From: Phallusia mammillata
Taxonomy: Eukaryota
Length of the DNA stretch: 64,000 nucleotides
Assembly (NCBI GenBank): GCA_965637545.1
Contig: OZ281501.1
Span: 11,470,001-11,534,000, forward strand
Reading direction: 5' to 3'
A model generated the notes under the pieces. That model was given only the letters and a program-made list of their open reading frames with translations, was not told where the DNA came from and did no database searches. The position numbers were made by a program, and so were the translations under genes. Below, piece by piece: positions 1 through 13,362 of this stretch (positions within the stretch are counted from its first letter, which is position 1; every line of letters starts with the position of its first letter).

Positions 1-1701
1 AGTTAAGTTTGCTTTTTATTGTCTCAATTGGCAAGTTTAAAAACGACTTGACTCAGACTTAGAACATAAGCCTATTTACATATAAATTTGTGTATGTGAA
101 TTGTGAACAGACTTACTGAGAGACTTGACTTTGGAACTTCACTTATGTTGTAACTTTACTTACCCATGTAAATTTAACAGATGATTGGTGTATCCATAAT
201 ATAAATAGAACTGTATTATTAGGTTGATGTGGTGTTTAGATCCGTTATTACTACATACAGGGCTGACTTTTTATACATACATTAACTTGAAGACAATGGT
301 TTGTTTGTAACATCGCCTGTTTGCTGTATGTTATAAAAATCTTAAACTCTGTAAACTACAAACTATTACAAATAGGGAAAATGACCTTTGGGTCAATTGA
401 ACTAAACTTGAGCTAGAAACGTAACAATAACTAGACTTACAATGCAGACTATAAATTTGACTTGAGATTCAACTCATAAGATTAGGCCAAGACCCCAAAA
501 AAATGACTAGGACTTTGTTGATAAGAATATTTGTTAAGATTAAACTCTTAAAAGTTACAATGTTTGTTTTAAGCCATAGTTATTGTTAAATGTCAACAAG
601 CTTGTATTTAGGGCTTCTGAAGAGAAGAAACCTCTTTTTAATTTGTTTCCCCCCCCCCAATTATAATACATTTCAGGTGTAAGCAAAGCCACACAATATA
701 TAACAAGCAGCAATACTAAAAAAGATGGTTTTAATTGATTTTATGATAGAAATAAGACAAGCTCCTAAAGTTGTTGTGACGAACTCATGCACCCTGTTTA
801 CTGAAAACGTAAACTGAGGAAAAAAGCGATATGAAAAAAAATCAGTTTGCATTTCACCATGTCTAACACTTTGAGTGCGTTTGACATAAATTAACGTCAA
901 CCTGCAATCTGCGCAAAACATCTTTTGACATAGATATACGTCAACCACACTGAAAGTGTTAGATATCAACATTACAGAGATTCATTTATACATCAGTTAA
1001 ACCCTACATCTTTTTTTCTAATATCCTGAAAGGCAAATAATGATGGTTCATTAAAAGTTTGTAATGCACCCTTGTATACCTTTTCGTACTGGTGCTCCCC
1101 ATGCATATTTTGTGCACACCCATTGAAGAGCACTGGTCTAGATTTAGAGCAGAAAAAATATTTTTGGGTTGGTTGTAGGTTAATGAACTGATTTACATCA
1201 GACATAATTTTTCTTTTGCAGGAAAAAATTCATAAAAACCTAAAGGGAAAACTATAACCAAGTTTTGGTCTACTGCATATTCTTACCTAACTGTACTAGC
1301 TTGTATTGTCATTTAGCACAGTTAGGGATGATTTATTGCACCTGTTTAAATTTTGTTTGACTGTTTTAAAACTGTTTTTGTAGATAACAATCTTGGCCCA
1401 ATCAAACATTATGGAGAAATAACATTATATTGACATTCCTAAAAGCTTCACACTTGGATTAAATTTTAAAATAAAATGAAATTGGATTAAAATTATTTTG
1501 TTCTATTAACCTTTTTGTCCATCTAAACATAAAAATGATTGCACCTAGTTAATATTGTTACCACTTTACATGTACATATGTGTTGTCTTTCATTCATTTC
1601 TGCATGCAGCAATAATTGTGTTGTTAAATGTTGTGTAAAGGTGCCCAATTGAAATAAGGTGACAGTTTTTGGCTAGCCATTGAATAGGATGTAGTTTGAA
1701 T

Positions 1702-1753
1702 TACATAGTAAGCCTCCTTTATGTACGTACATAGTAAGCCTCATTTATGTATG
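1702..1753. repeat. 26-bp tandem duplication (2 copies)
   Basis: TACATAGTAAGCCTCCTTTATGTACG at 1702-1727 and TACATAGTAAGCCTCATTTATGTATG at 1728-1753, 2 mismatches. Confidence 0.85.
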
Positions 1754-2119
1754 TACATGTATACAGTAAATTTAGAGGTCAGAAATCTGTAGAAAGAACA
1801 TGGCCAAATCCAAGACCCACAAAGTCATTGCAGTTGTACCAATTTTCTTCTTTTGATTCCATTATTTTTGTTTTTTACCACGTTTTTAAAACACTTGAGG
1901 TTGGAGTACTTTCATTAGAATATTTAGCTTTGATTTGCCAACGCAAAAATGAACAAAATATTGGTCAGTCACCATCACCTTGCAATTTCAGTTCATATTC
2001 ATGTCTGTGAACTAATTACAAGACCCAAGGTTAATGATTGTGATAAAACAGAAATATTTATTAGGTACAAATACATAATTGCAATACCGCAATTTGTGCT
2101 TGTTGTGGGTACCTATAAC

Positions 2120-2306
2120 CAGTGGTGGGATTCAAACTTTTTGTCAGCCGGTTCTATCACAAAAGTCATGTTTTTCGGCCGGTACTGTTACAACAAGTCA
2201 TATTTCCATTGACAGTAAGCAGTAATGCTAACCAGTTTGCTGATCTTATAAAATGTTGTGAGATGGCTCTATAGAACCGGTGCGAACCGACTGAATCCCA
2301 CCACTG
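2120..2306. mobile_element. Non-autonomous hAT-type MITE (187 bp)
   Basis: TIRs CAGTGGTGGGATTCA / TGAATCCCACCACTG and a perfect 8-bp TSD CCTATAAC (2112-2119, 2307-2314). A related copy lies at 58963-59111. Confidence 0.9.
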
Positions 2307-2630
2307 CCTATAACGCTTCTGATTGATTTTGTCTTAAAAAAAAGAAATGTTATAACCAAGATTATATATTTTAGCACATAGTGGCCCTATGAAATTTGGA
2401 AAGGTAAAATGTAATTTATTTTGAGTTATTGATATTTGTAAAAGTTTTTAAATGTGTTTTAAATTTGGTCATTTAAATTTGATTGATTTTTTATCTTGCT
2501 TGCATTGTATTTTTATGTTTAGAATGTTGCAGAAATTCTCCACTTTGTGGTGTTGCTTTGAATACTTTTCAAGTAAATACTTGTGATAAAGTTCAGCAAA
2601 CAGGAACTCAGACAGGCAGTGTGTCTGGTA

Positions 2631-2983
2631 ATGAAGAAAGGTTCTGATGAAAATTCATTTGATCTCCAATTAAGGCTACGGCGAAAACACTTTTTTCATC
2701 TTTCCATTGAAGAAGTCATTGCCCAAAGACCGACATGCTGCTATTCACAGATTTATAAAGGAATTAATATTCCACATAATATTCCTTTGACGAATGCTTT
2801 ATTTCCCTTTCCAAAGAAACACGAAATAAAATATAAAGAACAAATATGCAAACCTGTACCTGGCACAAGAAAAAACAACAAGTCTAATCGCTTCCAAGAC
2901 AAACTAGCAACAAATACTCTGGAAACACCCCTAACAAAATGGACAACTAAAGCTTCTCAGAATTTAATAACGCATGGAAGAAA
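2631..2983 (+). CDS. Putative upstream coding exon (alternative N-terminal extension) of the SCaMC gene
   Basis: Frame is open 2577-2987 with the first ATG at 2631. It ends AA|GTAAGT (phase 2), matching the phase-2 acceptor TTTGCAG|G at 3240 that reads in frame into ATG 3322. No recognisable homology. Confidence 0.35.
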
Positions 2984-3321
2984 GTAAGTGTGTACTAGTA
3001 TAAAGTTACCTCTAGTCATCTTGCATAGTAGTAAGAGTAAGTCATTGAATAGCCTCTGTGTTAAGCACCATTGTTTGGTTCTGCTTGACTGATTTATAAA
3101 TGCCGCAACCTTTATGTTTGCCTTTTTCTCTCATAGCTGTGTATACAAGGCTGGCCCACTTCCTGGGTTTTCTTGATTTGGAAGGATGTGTTGTTAACTT
3201 CTCAGGCTGTTATCAACAGATTTATTTGCTCCTTTGCAGGAAGAGCTTTGCTTCACAACTTGATTTGAAACCTTGCAGTCTAAATCTTAACGAATTGAGT
3301 TTACCAGAGGTTCATCACGCA

Positions 3322-6300
3322 ATGGGTAAAGAGGGTTGTCCACTAGTTATTTCACCTGATAAGGAGGCTTATTACATCAAAATATTTAAGCAACTTGATG
3401 TAGACAATGATGGCCGTGTTGATGTGGATGAACTTAAGCAAGCCTACAAGAAAATGGGTTTGCTTCAAGTGCCTGGACAAGCTGAGGTGAATTAAGTTAT
3501 TTACAATACTGAACTATTGAAAAAGTCACTATGTCAACAGATTTGTATACTCTTATTAATATGCAAATGAACTTTTGTAGTGGGAATGTACTTTGAATTG
3601 GTGCCATATTGTTTTTGCAGTTTCTACTTGCTTTTGATTATAGAATAGCATGAGATTTGATTAAAAATGTTTTTGCAACTACATAAACACTTCATTTCTG
3701 ATGGTAACTGATCTAGTCGTACCAATTAAGCTATAGACATTTATATGTATTATTGTATTATTCACAACTAGTTGACTAAATCACTTAAAAATATGTATAT
3801 TTTCAAAAAAATTTTGTGCAAGCAAGAATTAATCCAACATTCTTTGTACAAATCAAATTGTACAATGTAGAAATTTGTATCAGCAAGTGATATGAACAAG
3901 GATGGTGAGTTGGATGTTTCTGAGTTTGTCCGCTACCTGCATGAGCATGAAATGAAACTCAGCCTCATGTTTAAACGAATGGACCAAGACAAAGATGGTA
4001 TGAGTCAATGCCAAAACCTTGTTGATGTATGTGCTTGTTTGTGTCAGTTACCATTTTTTATTTCCAGGAAAACTGACACATACAGAACTGCGAGAGGCTT
4101 TACGATCTGTTGGTGTTGATGTTACCAAAGAGGAAGCTTTACAAATTACTCAAAGGCATGTTGACTGTTAGTGCTGGCTAAAAATATATTATGTAAAATC
4201 TAAAATCCTTCTTGATGTTTATAGTTTTTGACAAAGTTGAAATAAATTGAAACCACACTGTTGTTGTAAATGTTAAGTAATACATTTTTGTGAAAAAGCA
4301 CTTTACCAAATTGTGTTTAACAATTATCAAAGATACAGAAACGTCCTAATTTTGTTGGAAATTAAAAAATGCATGTGTGTGGGGATTCATTTGTTACTGC
4401 TTGCAGAAACATTATGCCATAAAATAATGTAAAAGTCATGACCCTACTGATTTTTTTAAACAAATGTTCATCCTTTGTAAAGTTCACAAATGGAGTTTGT
4501 AATTAATTATATGATACAATGTAATACACTACACATAAATTGGCAACATATAGAAAAACTACCTTTTAACTAAATTGATCCAATAAGTGCTTAAGTTTCT
4601 TAGTACCAAATGAAGTAACATGTTTGATGCTGTATGTTGCCCTTGTGGATGTAAATGCAAAATATTTTCAAGATGCCTATTTTGTATGCTTAGAATGGAT
4701 AAGGATGGTACCTCTACAGTGGATCTGGAAGAGTGGATTGCCCACCATTTGTTGCATCCTTCTGCTGACATCAAAGACATGATATCTTATTGGAAACATG
4801 GCACTGTAAGCAGTGTTATACTGCATAAAATGCTATTTAAAAAAAAACATTTGTTGAACTTGTGAACTTTAAGAGGGGACACATTGACTTCAAACTTCTT
4901 TTTTTTAATAGGCTGTCGGTGTTTTTTCAACATTATGTGTTTAGTAAATTATGTTGTAATTTAATGTAAGAGTTGAAGTTGGTACTACATCAAAGCAAAG
5001 TTGATGATTAGGTAGTTAAACTTGTGTTGTTTCTGCTTTAAAAATGGAAAGTTTGTGGTTGGGTTTGCTACCTAGGAATATTTTGATTACTAAGTAAGTT
5101 TTGATAGTGTTTTATTTCTGAAAACATCACAAACAAAGCTGAAAAAATAATTGGTGAACTTTATCTTCCAATTATTATCAGCTGTGATTCGAGATTGGTT
5201 AAGGGGCTGCTGCATTTCAATAATGCAATAGGGTAGGCTTTATGCTCAATAATTCAAAATATTTATTGTAAATAATTAACAGGTGAAATCAATGTTGCTG
5301 AATGCCTGCAATAAAGATTCGATAGTGTTACACATTTGGGAATTGAATAAGTCAAAAATTAAGCATGTAGTTATTAAAAGAAAATATAGGGTGCTGTAAT
5401 GTATGTTACATAATACTGTAATCACATCCCTCTCTCATCATATTTCAGAAATCATCATTTCCCAGCAACACTTTGTATTGACATAATGTTGTCAACTAAA
5501 CAGATCAGAACATATGCCTTTCCAGGTTATATCTAATAGAAGACTATGAATTTGTTACCTTTTCAGTACATAGACATTGGAGAGAGTCTGATTGTTCCTG
5601 ATGATTTTAGTGAGGAGGAAAAAGTATCAGGCTTGTGGTGGCGTCAACTGGTGGCAGGTGGAGCTGCAGGTGTTGTGTCCAGAACTTGCACTGCACCACT
5701 CGACAGACTTAAAGTTCTCATGCAGGTAACTAATATTAATAGAGTTTAATTCTACCTTCTGTGTTCCATTCCAGTAGTTCATCAGTTGCCAAACAATGTT
5801 TAAATTATAATAAATTTAGACAATTATAGATTTGTTTATTGTGCAATAACTGTTTGTAATTGTTGGTTAAGCAAGAAGAAAAGTTTTTTATACATGTGCA
5901 TTGCTGTTTTGTTTCAATGCAAAGTTTAAATGATTTACCCATTGGACACCTAACATATCTTGAACATGGAAAAGTCATAAAACTTCATAAACAACATCCA
6001 AGCGAGTTACTTTTTTCATAGCAAAGACCATAAAATGATATCTAACATATTGTTTAGGTTCATGCTTCTAAATCCAACAACCTTGGTATTGTGTCTGGCA
6101 TGAAATCAATGCTTAAAGAAGGAGGGATTAAATCATTGTGGCGTGGAAATGGAATCAATGTCATTAAGGTAAGTTGTTTTTTTAATATTTTTGCTTGCTT
6201 CACTGCATCAATTTCATTTAGTTTCAAGTGCAAGTGTTTTTAGGTGACCATGAGAAAAATATTAGCCCTATAAAATATGAGTAAAAATATGAACCAGAGC

Positions 6301-8630
6301 CAAATTTACATTATTTGGAACAGCAAATAACAACAATTAGACTTCAGCATTTATGGGTCTGGTACTTTAGTGTTGACATTTGTAGCTTTTTGTAACAAAT
6401 AAAAATTAAAGTACATTGGAAGTCCTTTGCACTCATCAGTTGTGTTTCATTTAGATTGCTCCTGAGACCGCTGTGAAATTTATGGCGTATGAAAAAATGA
6501 AATATTTGATTGGTGCTCAGTCACAATCAGAAATTGGTGCTCCACAAAAGTTCATTGCAGGGTCAACTGCAGGAGTCATTTCGCAAACCACAATCTACCC
6601 TATGGAGGTGATGTTGGCAGTCTTTGGTTGTATGAGTGTTTTTTACAGCCAGATTTTAACCTTAAAATCATTTATTTGGACCCAAATAGAAACATGGGAC
6701 CAGTTAAATGGAGATATGCGACCGGTGCAATTTACATCTACTGTTTGGACTAACCATACTTTACTTACATGGGCATCACCTTAATTGTGGGCAATGACCA
6801 CACTTATGGCCAGACAGTAAACTTTTCTCTTTTTATGAAGGTCATAAAGACTCGACTCGCCTTGCGTAAAACTGGCCAATACAAGGGTATTTTTGACTGT
6901 GCTGTGAAAGTCTTTCGACATGAAGGGCCAGGAGCTTTTTTTAAAGGTTATATTCCTAATTGTCTTGGAATCATACCATATGCTGGTATTGATCTATGCA
7001 TTTATGAGGTAATATGAATTTTGTTGCGGCCTACCTGTGTAAATGAGGTTTACTGGTTTCCTGTATAACCTGCTGGATAAATAAAAACTGGATTACTTAT
7101 GGTCAACATTAAATTGTTTTAGATTTTACATTTTTTTTTCGACATTTGTGAAGTCACAATTAAATATACAAGTTCTCATTTTGCAGACATTAAAAAATTT
7201 TTGGATAAAAAACTACAGTGCAGAGAAAGACAGACCATCTGTACCTCTGTTGCTTGCTTGTGGTACAATTTCTAGTACATGCGGACAACTTTCTAGTTAT
7301 CCTCTTGCCCTGGTCAGAACGAAGATGCAAGCCCAAGGTAAATAATACAATAAATTATTACATGTCAGAAGAAAATTCAGTGTGAAAAACCACTAAATCT
7401 GTCGCTATGTTTTATTTGTTTTATCAAAACAAATGCATTTCGCTATAAAAAGCATCATCAGTGTCTAAAAACAAAATAAAAAGCGGGATAAGAGCAAAAA
7501 ATGCAAAAAACACACACCACCAGACCAACCGCAAAAAGCCTTTCCTCTGTCTTACAGGACTGCAAATGCAGACCGGCAGGTATGGCGTTGATAAAACACA
7601 CGAAAAAAGGCGAGGAAAAGATAAGGGCGCAAAACGAAAAAACAAACACGATTGCAACAACAAAGCGATTGCAGTTAACGAACTGCCGGAAGGACCATCG
7701 CTTGAACATTTATTGTGGCGCCGGTTAAAATTAGCCATTTGTTTTCACAAATATCCAATTTTTCTGTCCGCGGTTCCTCCACAAAAACCACATTATAACA
7801 GAGCGCAATATCCAACTTTTTTTGAAAAAGTTGGAAATGTTTATTGTGGTAGTGCTGAAGAAGGGCCGCGCGGTCACCCCCTACACTTAAGTCGGACGTC
7901 CGCCAAACAAACCGATGTGAATTCCATCGGGTCGAAAACTTCCTCGCCTTTTTTCGTGTGTTTTATCAACGCCATACCTGCCGGTCTGCATTTGCAGTCC
8001 TGAAAGACAGAGGAAAGGCTTTTTGCGGTTGGTCTGGTGGTGTGTGTTTTTTGCATTTTTTGCTCTTATCCCGCTTTTTATTTTGTTTTTAGACACTGAT
8101 GATGCTTTTTATAGCGAAATGCATTTGTTTTGATAAAACAAATAAAACATAGCGACAGATTTAGTGGTTTTTCACACTGAATTTTCTTCATCTGATTTTA
8201 ATGACCCTGAATCGTCGCGGTCGTTTTACTTGAAAGGAGATTTCAATAATAAGAAAAGAATTACTACGTTATTACATGTCATTCATTTTCTCGCGAAATG
8301 TTAACATGTATGTTTTTAGCATCACTGCCAGATTCTAAACATGAGAAAGTTAGTATGGTTTCATTGTTCCGTTCCATTGTGCAAAACGAGGGAGTGTTCG
8401 GGCTCTACAGAGGATTGGCACCAAACTTCATGAAGGTATTTTTTACACCACACAGCGAAAATACTATTGTAACTTGCTGGAAGTCACAAATTGCTTGAAA
8501 TAATTATTGAAACTAGATTTCATGGTTTTTACAGCTTAACAACTGTTTTGTGTTTCAGGTGGTACCAGCAGTGAGTATTAGTTATGTGGTTTATGAAAAC
8601 ATGCGAATGCAACTTGGTGTGTACAGATGA
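3322..8630 (+). CDS. SCaMC: Calcium-binding mitochondrial ATP-Mg/Pi carrier (SCaMC; SLC25A23/24/25 family), 11 exons, 473 aa
   Basis: Exons 3322-3486, 3871-3997, 4068-4155, 4694-4805, 5567-5725, 6058-6168, 6455-6607, 6841-7008, 7187-7337, 8320-8435, 8559-8630 give 1422 nt with consistent phases. Four EF-hands ([36 protein letters not shown]) and three carrier repeats (PLDRLK, PMEVIK, PLALVR). AATAAA at 9168. Confidence 0.95.
7368..8189. mobile_element. Foldback-type element with 250-bp near-perfect inverted arms in SCaMC intron 9
   Basis: 7368-7617 is the reverse complement of 7940-8189 (one mismatch seen). The 322-bp spacer has an internal 11-bp hairpin at 7811-7835. No clear TSD and no credible coding capacity. 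Confidence 0.8.
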
Positions 8631-9570
8631 TCAATCAACACTGCCAATTATATAGATCTGCCTCATAGTTGAATGGGTTCATTGCAATGCTTGCAAACTT
8701 TGTAGGAATAAGAGTTAACTGTGTTTATTTTGCTGTAACAATTCATCATCCCAGTAAGATCCTATGCAAGTGTTTTGCTGAAGTAATTTAACAAGGAAAA
8801 ACATTCATCTAATTTCAGCCCCATATTACTCTATATTATTTATTTCAAACTGTGTAGAACTTTACTTCTGTTTTGGATAGTACAAGTTTTTGATGTTTTG
8901 CTTGTGATAAGTGGTTTGATGTTTCACTTTCCATGTATGCTTTTTTAGAACCATTACTAGATACTAACCAATAAAACAATCACAATGTTAAAAACATGCA
9001 AAACATAAACTCCTGACAAAACTGAACATGCTGACCATGGTTTATGAATACATTTTCGATGTCTCTGCTACTTTGCTGACCCTGTTTAATGTCAACAGTT
9101 TAAAGTGTGCAAACAATTATGTATCGTTGCTGGTGACTTTTTGTTCAGCGTTCATTGATATTTTATGAATAAAATTTGTTTTTTATACTTGATACTGTTA
9201 GAATATACCAGCTGTTAGGTACAAATGAAACACACACTTTTTATTATTTTCAAACCGAATTTTTGTGTAAAATAATTTGTGATACAATCTGACATTAATC
9301 ACAAAAACATCAGCAGCATTAAAGCAGGCACAACAGTACCTAATAACCACCATATGAAAGTAAAGTTAACATTTAAAATCAGTTATAGCACCACAAATAA
9401 CATTTTGCACACAAACCAACAACACATCATCTATATTGCTAGATTATGAAAAGTAAACTTAGTGTAGTCAGCTACACAGCAGCAAAAATCTGCCTGGTTG
9501 TTGACACTGTGGCAGTCCACATGTTACAAGAAGCAAATTACAGTTCATGAAGAAATTAATATGATAAACA

Positions 9571-10563
9571 TCAATGTTGCATAAAATCCAGTTTGCAATA
9601 TTCCTTCAGCTTTTCAGGCAGTTGGAGTTGATCGATTAATTTCATCTGCACTTCACAATCTTGTTCCGCAAATTCATGTGGATAGTTTCGTGACAACCCT
9701 TGTCGAATTGAATGTTTACTTAAGGCTTTAAGACTTGCAGGACTTTCTTTAAAGGCTAGCACTTCATAATGTCGAAAAAGATACTCTTTTTCCATGAAAG
9801 GAACATACAGGCATTTATGCGTTTGATGAACCTTTCCTGGTATTTGTGTATTGCCTAACCGGTCAGACAATTCAAGCCTTCTTCCTCGCCATGTGCGACC
9901 CTGTTCCAATGAGCCCATAGTTCTACCAATGTATAAAGGTTCTAAGTATGAACAGTCCATTCCACCAATGACGGAGTTGTTTGGTACATTTCCTCCATGA
10001 CATGGGATCCATTGCAAATAGTCATGATTGGAGCCCACAAGAACTTCGTATTTTGACGCAGATCTAACTCCAGTTCCGTATGGCACAAGCAAACACCTGA
10101 TGAACATTTAAACACTTATGAGCTAGTTTTATCGAGCAAGACCTAACCATGCTCTATAGCTTTGCACAATTTGGGTAGTATTTAAACACTTTCAAAAAGT
10201 TGCATTGGACTTGAAAGTTGAAACACCCAGGGCTTTACCTGTTCTTGGACAATTTTTACTCTTTACCCACACGGTTGGTATAAATTAAACATATCCCCTA
10301 TAGGACTTTATATGATAACTTTAGCTTCATACACACTTTTCACTAGGTATTATAACTCCTGGAGTTAACTCATTCCGATTTTCAACAAGTCTTGTTCTTC
10401 CAATATATGTTGTTTCTTCTGTCAGTGTTTTTCCTCCAACCACAGCACCATCGGGAATATAACCATCTTCGCCTTCTTCCCAACTAATACTGCTGGTAGG
10501 CACAGTTGTCAGACCAGAAAATTGATCTGATTCTATCATCGTCCAACGACCACAGTGCAGCAT
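9571..10563 (-). CDS. Two DM9 (DUF3421) repeats plus C-terminal SOCS box, 2 exons, 250 aa
   Basis: Exons 10563-10337 and 10096-9571 (phase-2 GT-AG intron). DM9 motifs W...G.IP..AVVGG...YIGR...PG...KCLLVPYG..YEVL and WIPCHGGNVPNNSVIGG.D..LYIGR...PGKV..KCLYVPF..YEVL. SOCS-like SPASLKALSKHSIR...IDQLQLPEKLKEY. No signal peptide. Confidence 0.8.
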
Positions 10564-11926
10564 TTGCGCCAGTTGTTTCTTAGCGCAGGTAAGAAATCTG
10601 GATGTTTACAGTTACAGCATTTGTAGGGTGACCAGAAAAAAATCAGCCGTGTAACAGCGCACCACTTTTCAGAACAAACATACTACTAACATTACTAAGT
10701 ACCAGCTAATAGACTCTTGTTTTGTCCGCGACAACCGCGAGTGTCAACAAACCTCACGGAATGTTGTTATCCTATCAGCAGGTGCTCTGATTGGCTAAAA
10801 CTGCGGAACGCCCGCCATAAAATCATGATGACGTATGACTTTGCATCCGAAGTTCCGAACCCCGACATAAAAATTATCACGTTGTTTTTGACATAAACTT
10901 TGTCAATGAGGCCGCGTCAGTAATCTTTAATTGTACATACCCTATGATAGTTTAAAAGCGCAAAATGCCTGTGGCGCGTAGGTGATCATAGATAACCTTC
11001 TGTCGTTTACGGTATATGTTATTGATTTGCAAACACACACAAAAATGTAGCCTCATTATAGTCTGTTTTGTAATGACAAAATCAGTTTCAGTGGCTCGAA
11101 AATATAGCACAGTCTTCAGCCAGAAGGTACCAAAAATAAAAAAATAACTCACATCCAAAAACGCTCCCATTAGATAAAAGATGCTAGGTCTACTGAACTG
11201 ACAGATGGCTAAGGAACTAAATTTTTGCTATTATAGTTTTAAAGTTATAGGCTATTTATTATGTTACATAACCCCAACCCCATTAGCCCTAACCATTTTT
11301 TCTTAAATATTTATCATTGCTCTTTACGCCCCTTGCGGGTATTTAGTAAATTTTGTCTGGAGTAAGTTCTTGTGTGGTGGAGCTCATAGGCGCCGAGTTT
11401 TACAAAAATGCAAGGTGGCGGACGTCAAACATGACGTCACTAATGCGTACAACCACAAAAACTTAAAGCCATACAACTTCCCAGAGAATGCAACGTTCGT
11501 CAAAATCAGAAAAAAACGGTATGTTTGAAATAATATGTAGCTGGCAATGACAACACGTTGCTGCTGCTATATATCACCTTAGAAAACCATAAATTACAAC
11601 ACATTTGCATTTTGCTCAACAATGACCGAACATTCACTTCACTGACAGACAATTGTGTGTTTGACGTCATGAACAAGCCACTAACCACAACAAGTTGTAG
11701 TTTTAATTTAAGCCACATTTTGTGGCTGAATCGCCAGCACGCTTGTTAAAGGGCAAAGTTGTTGCTATTATTCTTCAGATTTTACGATATTTCGTACTAA
11801 ACCGCTATATACTAACCACAATTTCCACGGTGGCCGCCACCATTCTTTACAAACCCAAGGTGGCGGCGCCACTCCGCGTCTATGGAGCTACTAACACCAT
11901 TCCTCTCGGGACACCCAACACCAAAG

Positions 11927-12566
11927 CAGGGCTGCCAATGAGAATTTTAACAAAACCCAAGACTCACAGCAAAATAACCCAAGAATTTAAATGAAAACCC
12001 AAGATTGTAAAATGTGGTTAGAAATCCAATTAATTAGTAAATTTACTCGTTTCATTGACAAATTTTTGCCAGTTTACAGTCCGGAAATGCAACTTTACAA
12101 ACTGGTAGGAAATGGTCAAAGGGAATATTATGTTCAATACAATATGCAGCAATCGCCAGTTCACTCTTGGCTGTTTGACGATCATCATCTGTTTTCTTTT
12201 TCATAAAATTAGTAATGTCTAGTCTACAGTATATTTAGAAGCTTTAAAACTTCTTTGATGGTTACCAGTTTTTATGTTTAACGAGCATTGGTTTATTTGC
12301 ATTTTTATGTGTAACGATGCTTTCACTGTATACTATCTAGAAAGAATTAAGGTCTAGAAAAGAGAGAAATTAAAAGAGATGATAAAATGGCCTAGTGCAG
12401 CTACCCGAAAAACTTTTCTCGTTAAGATAGTTCTTACATATATTTATTTCATCAATAGGACTCAAAACCCAAGAATTGCTATAATTTTCAAAATAAAACC
12501 CAAGAACCCAAGACGTCAAGTAAAAACCCAAGATCTTGGGGCAAAACCCAAGCTTTGGCAGCCCTG
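11927..12566. mobile_element. Non-autonomous hAT element (640 bp) inserted in the Penelope-like relic
   Basis: TIR CAGGGCTGCCAA / TTGGCAGCCCTG, perfect 8-bp TSD CACCAAAG (11919-11926, 12567-12574), and several subterminal AACCCAAG repeats at both ends. Confidence 0.92.
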
Positions 12567-13362
12567 CACCAAAGTCTATATAAAACACAAGTTGTCTAAC
12601 GTATTGTGACGCAATAAAGCCTATGGAACCATTTTGTGTCCAAAATGATACAGCGGGTATAGAAAACCAACACATAAATTGTCTGATTTTTATAACATGG
12701 AGAGCTTAGACGCGAATTTGATTCGCCAAATTGAATGAAAATTTCGGGTTCTAACATTTCAACGCAATATTAAAAGCTAAATTGCTGTTTTTCATGTAAG
12801 TTTGGCCGCTTAATTTTCATGTGAACTTTAAAAATTTGCGTTCAGCGAGCATTATCACGCTCAAATGTCAGGTGGCGTAGTCATCGCGCAGCATGGAAAA
12901 GATTTACCAGCACCAACACAAGGATGACAAAGCCGCGCTTTTTCACCATTACGAACAGAAGCATATGTCTGCGCTCGTTAAAAAACCAAACATCGCACAA
13001 TATATTTCGGTCATTTTTGCAGAACAACCTGTGCTACAAAATTTAGATATGGCCGAAGCAAAGTGGTTGGCGTTGATTAACCCAAAAATAAACATCCAGC
13101 GTATGATAATACCGCGTGTTCGCTATTCGTTTTCCACGCATTCCCCTCAATCCAATTACTGTCTTATCTTTTTCTGTACCTCCGCCCTTTTTCGGTTTTG
13201 CAATACACCTGCAGCAGACTGGAGAGTCCGATAGTAAACAGTTCGGCGTTCACTCTGGAAAGCTTGTTCACCAGTTGCATGTTATACTGGCAGCTTGTTT
13301 TAGTATTTTATTGTTTTTACTGTTTTATTATTCCATCGCTTTTATAACAGTATTGTATTCGC

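Noticed and set aside
673-1205. Minus-strand ORFs of 99 and 70 aa as exons of an upstream gene
   Set aside because: No recognisable motif and no phase-consistent exon chain could be built.
7424-8096. Cluster of overlapping ORFs (up to 180 aa) on both strands
   Set aside because: They mirror each other because of the 250-bp inverted repeat and lie in an intron; no domain signal.
12893-13234. 113-aa ORF as a host gene
   Set aside because: Better explained as a GIY-YIG remnant of the Penelope-like relic.
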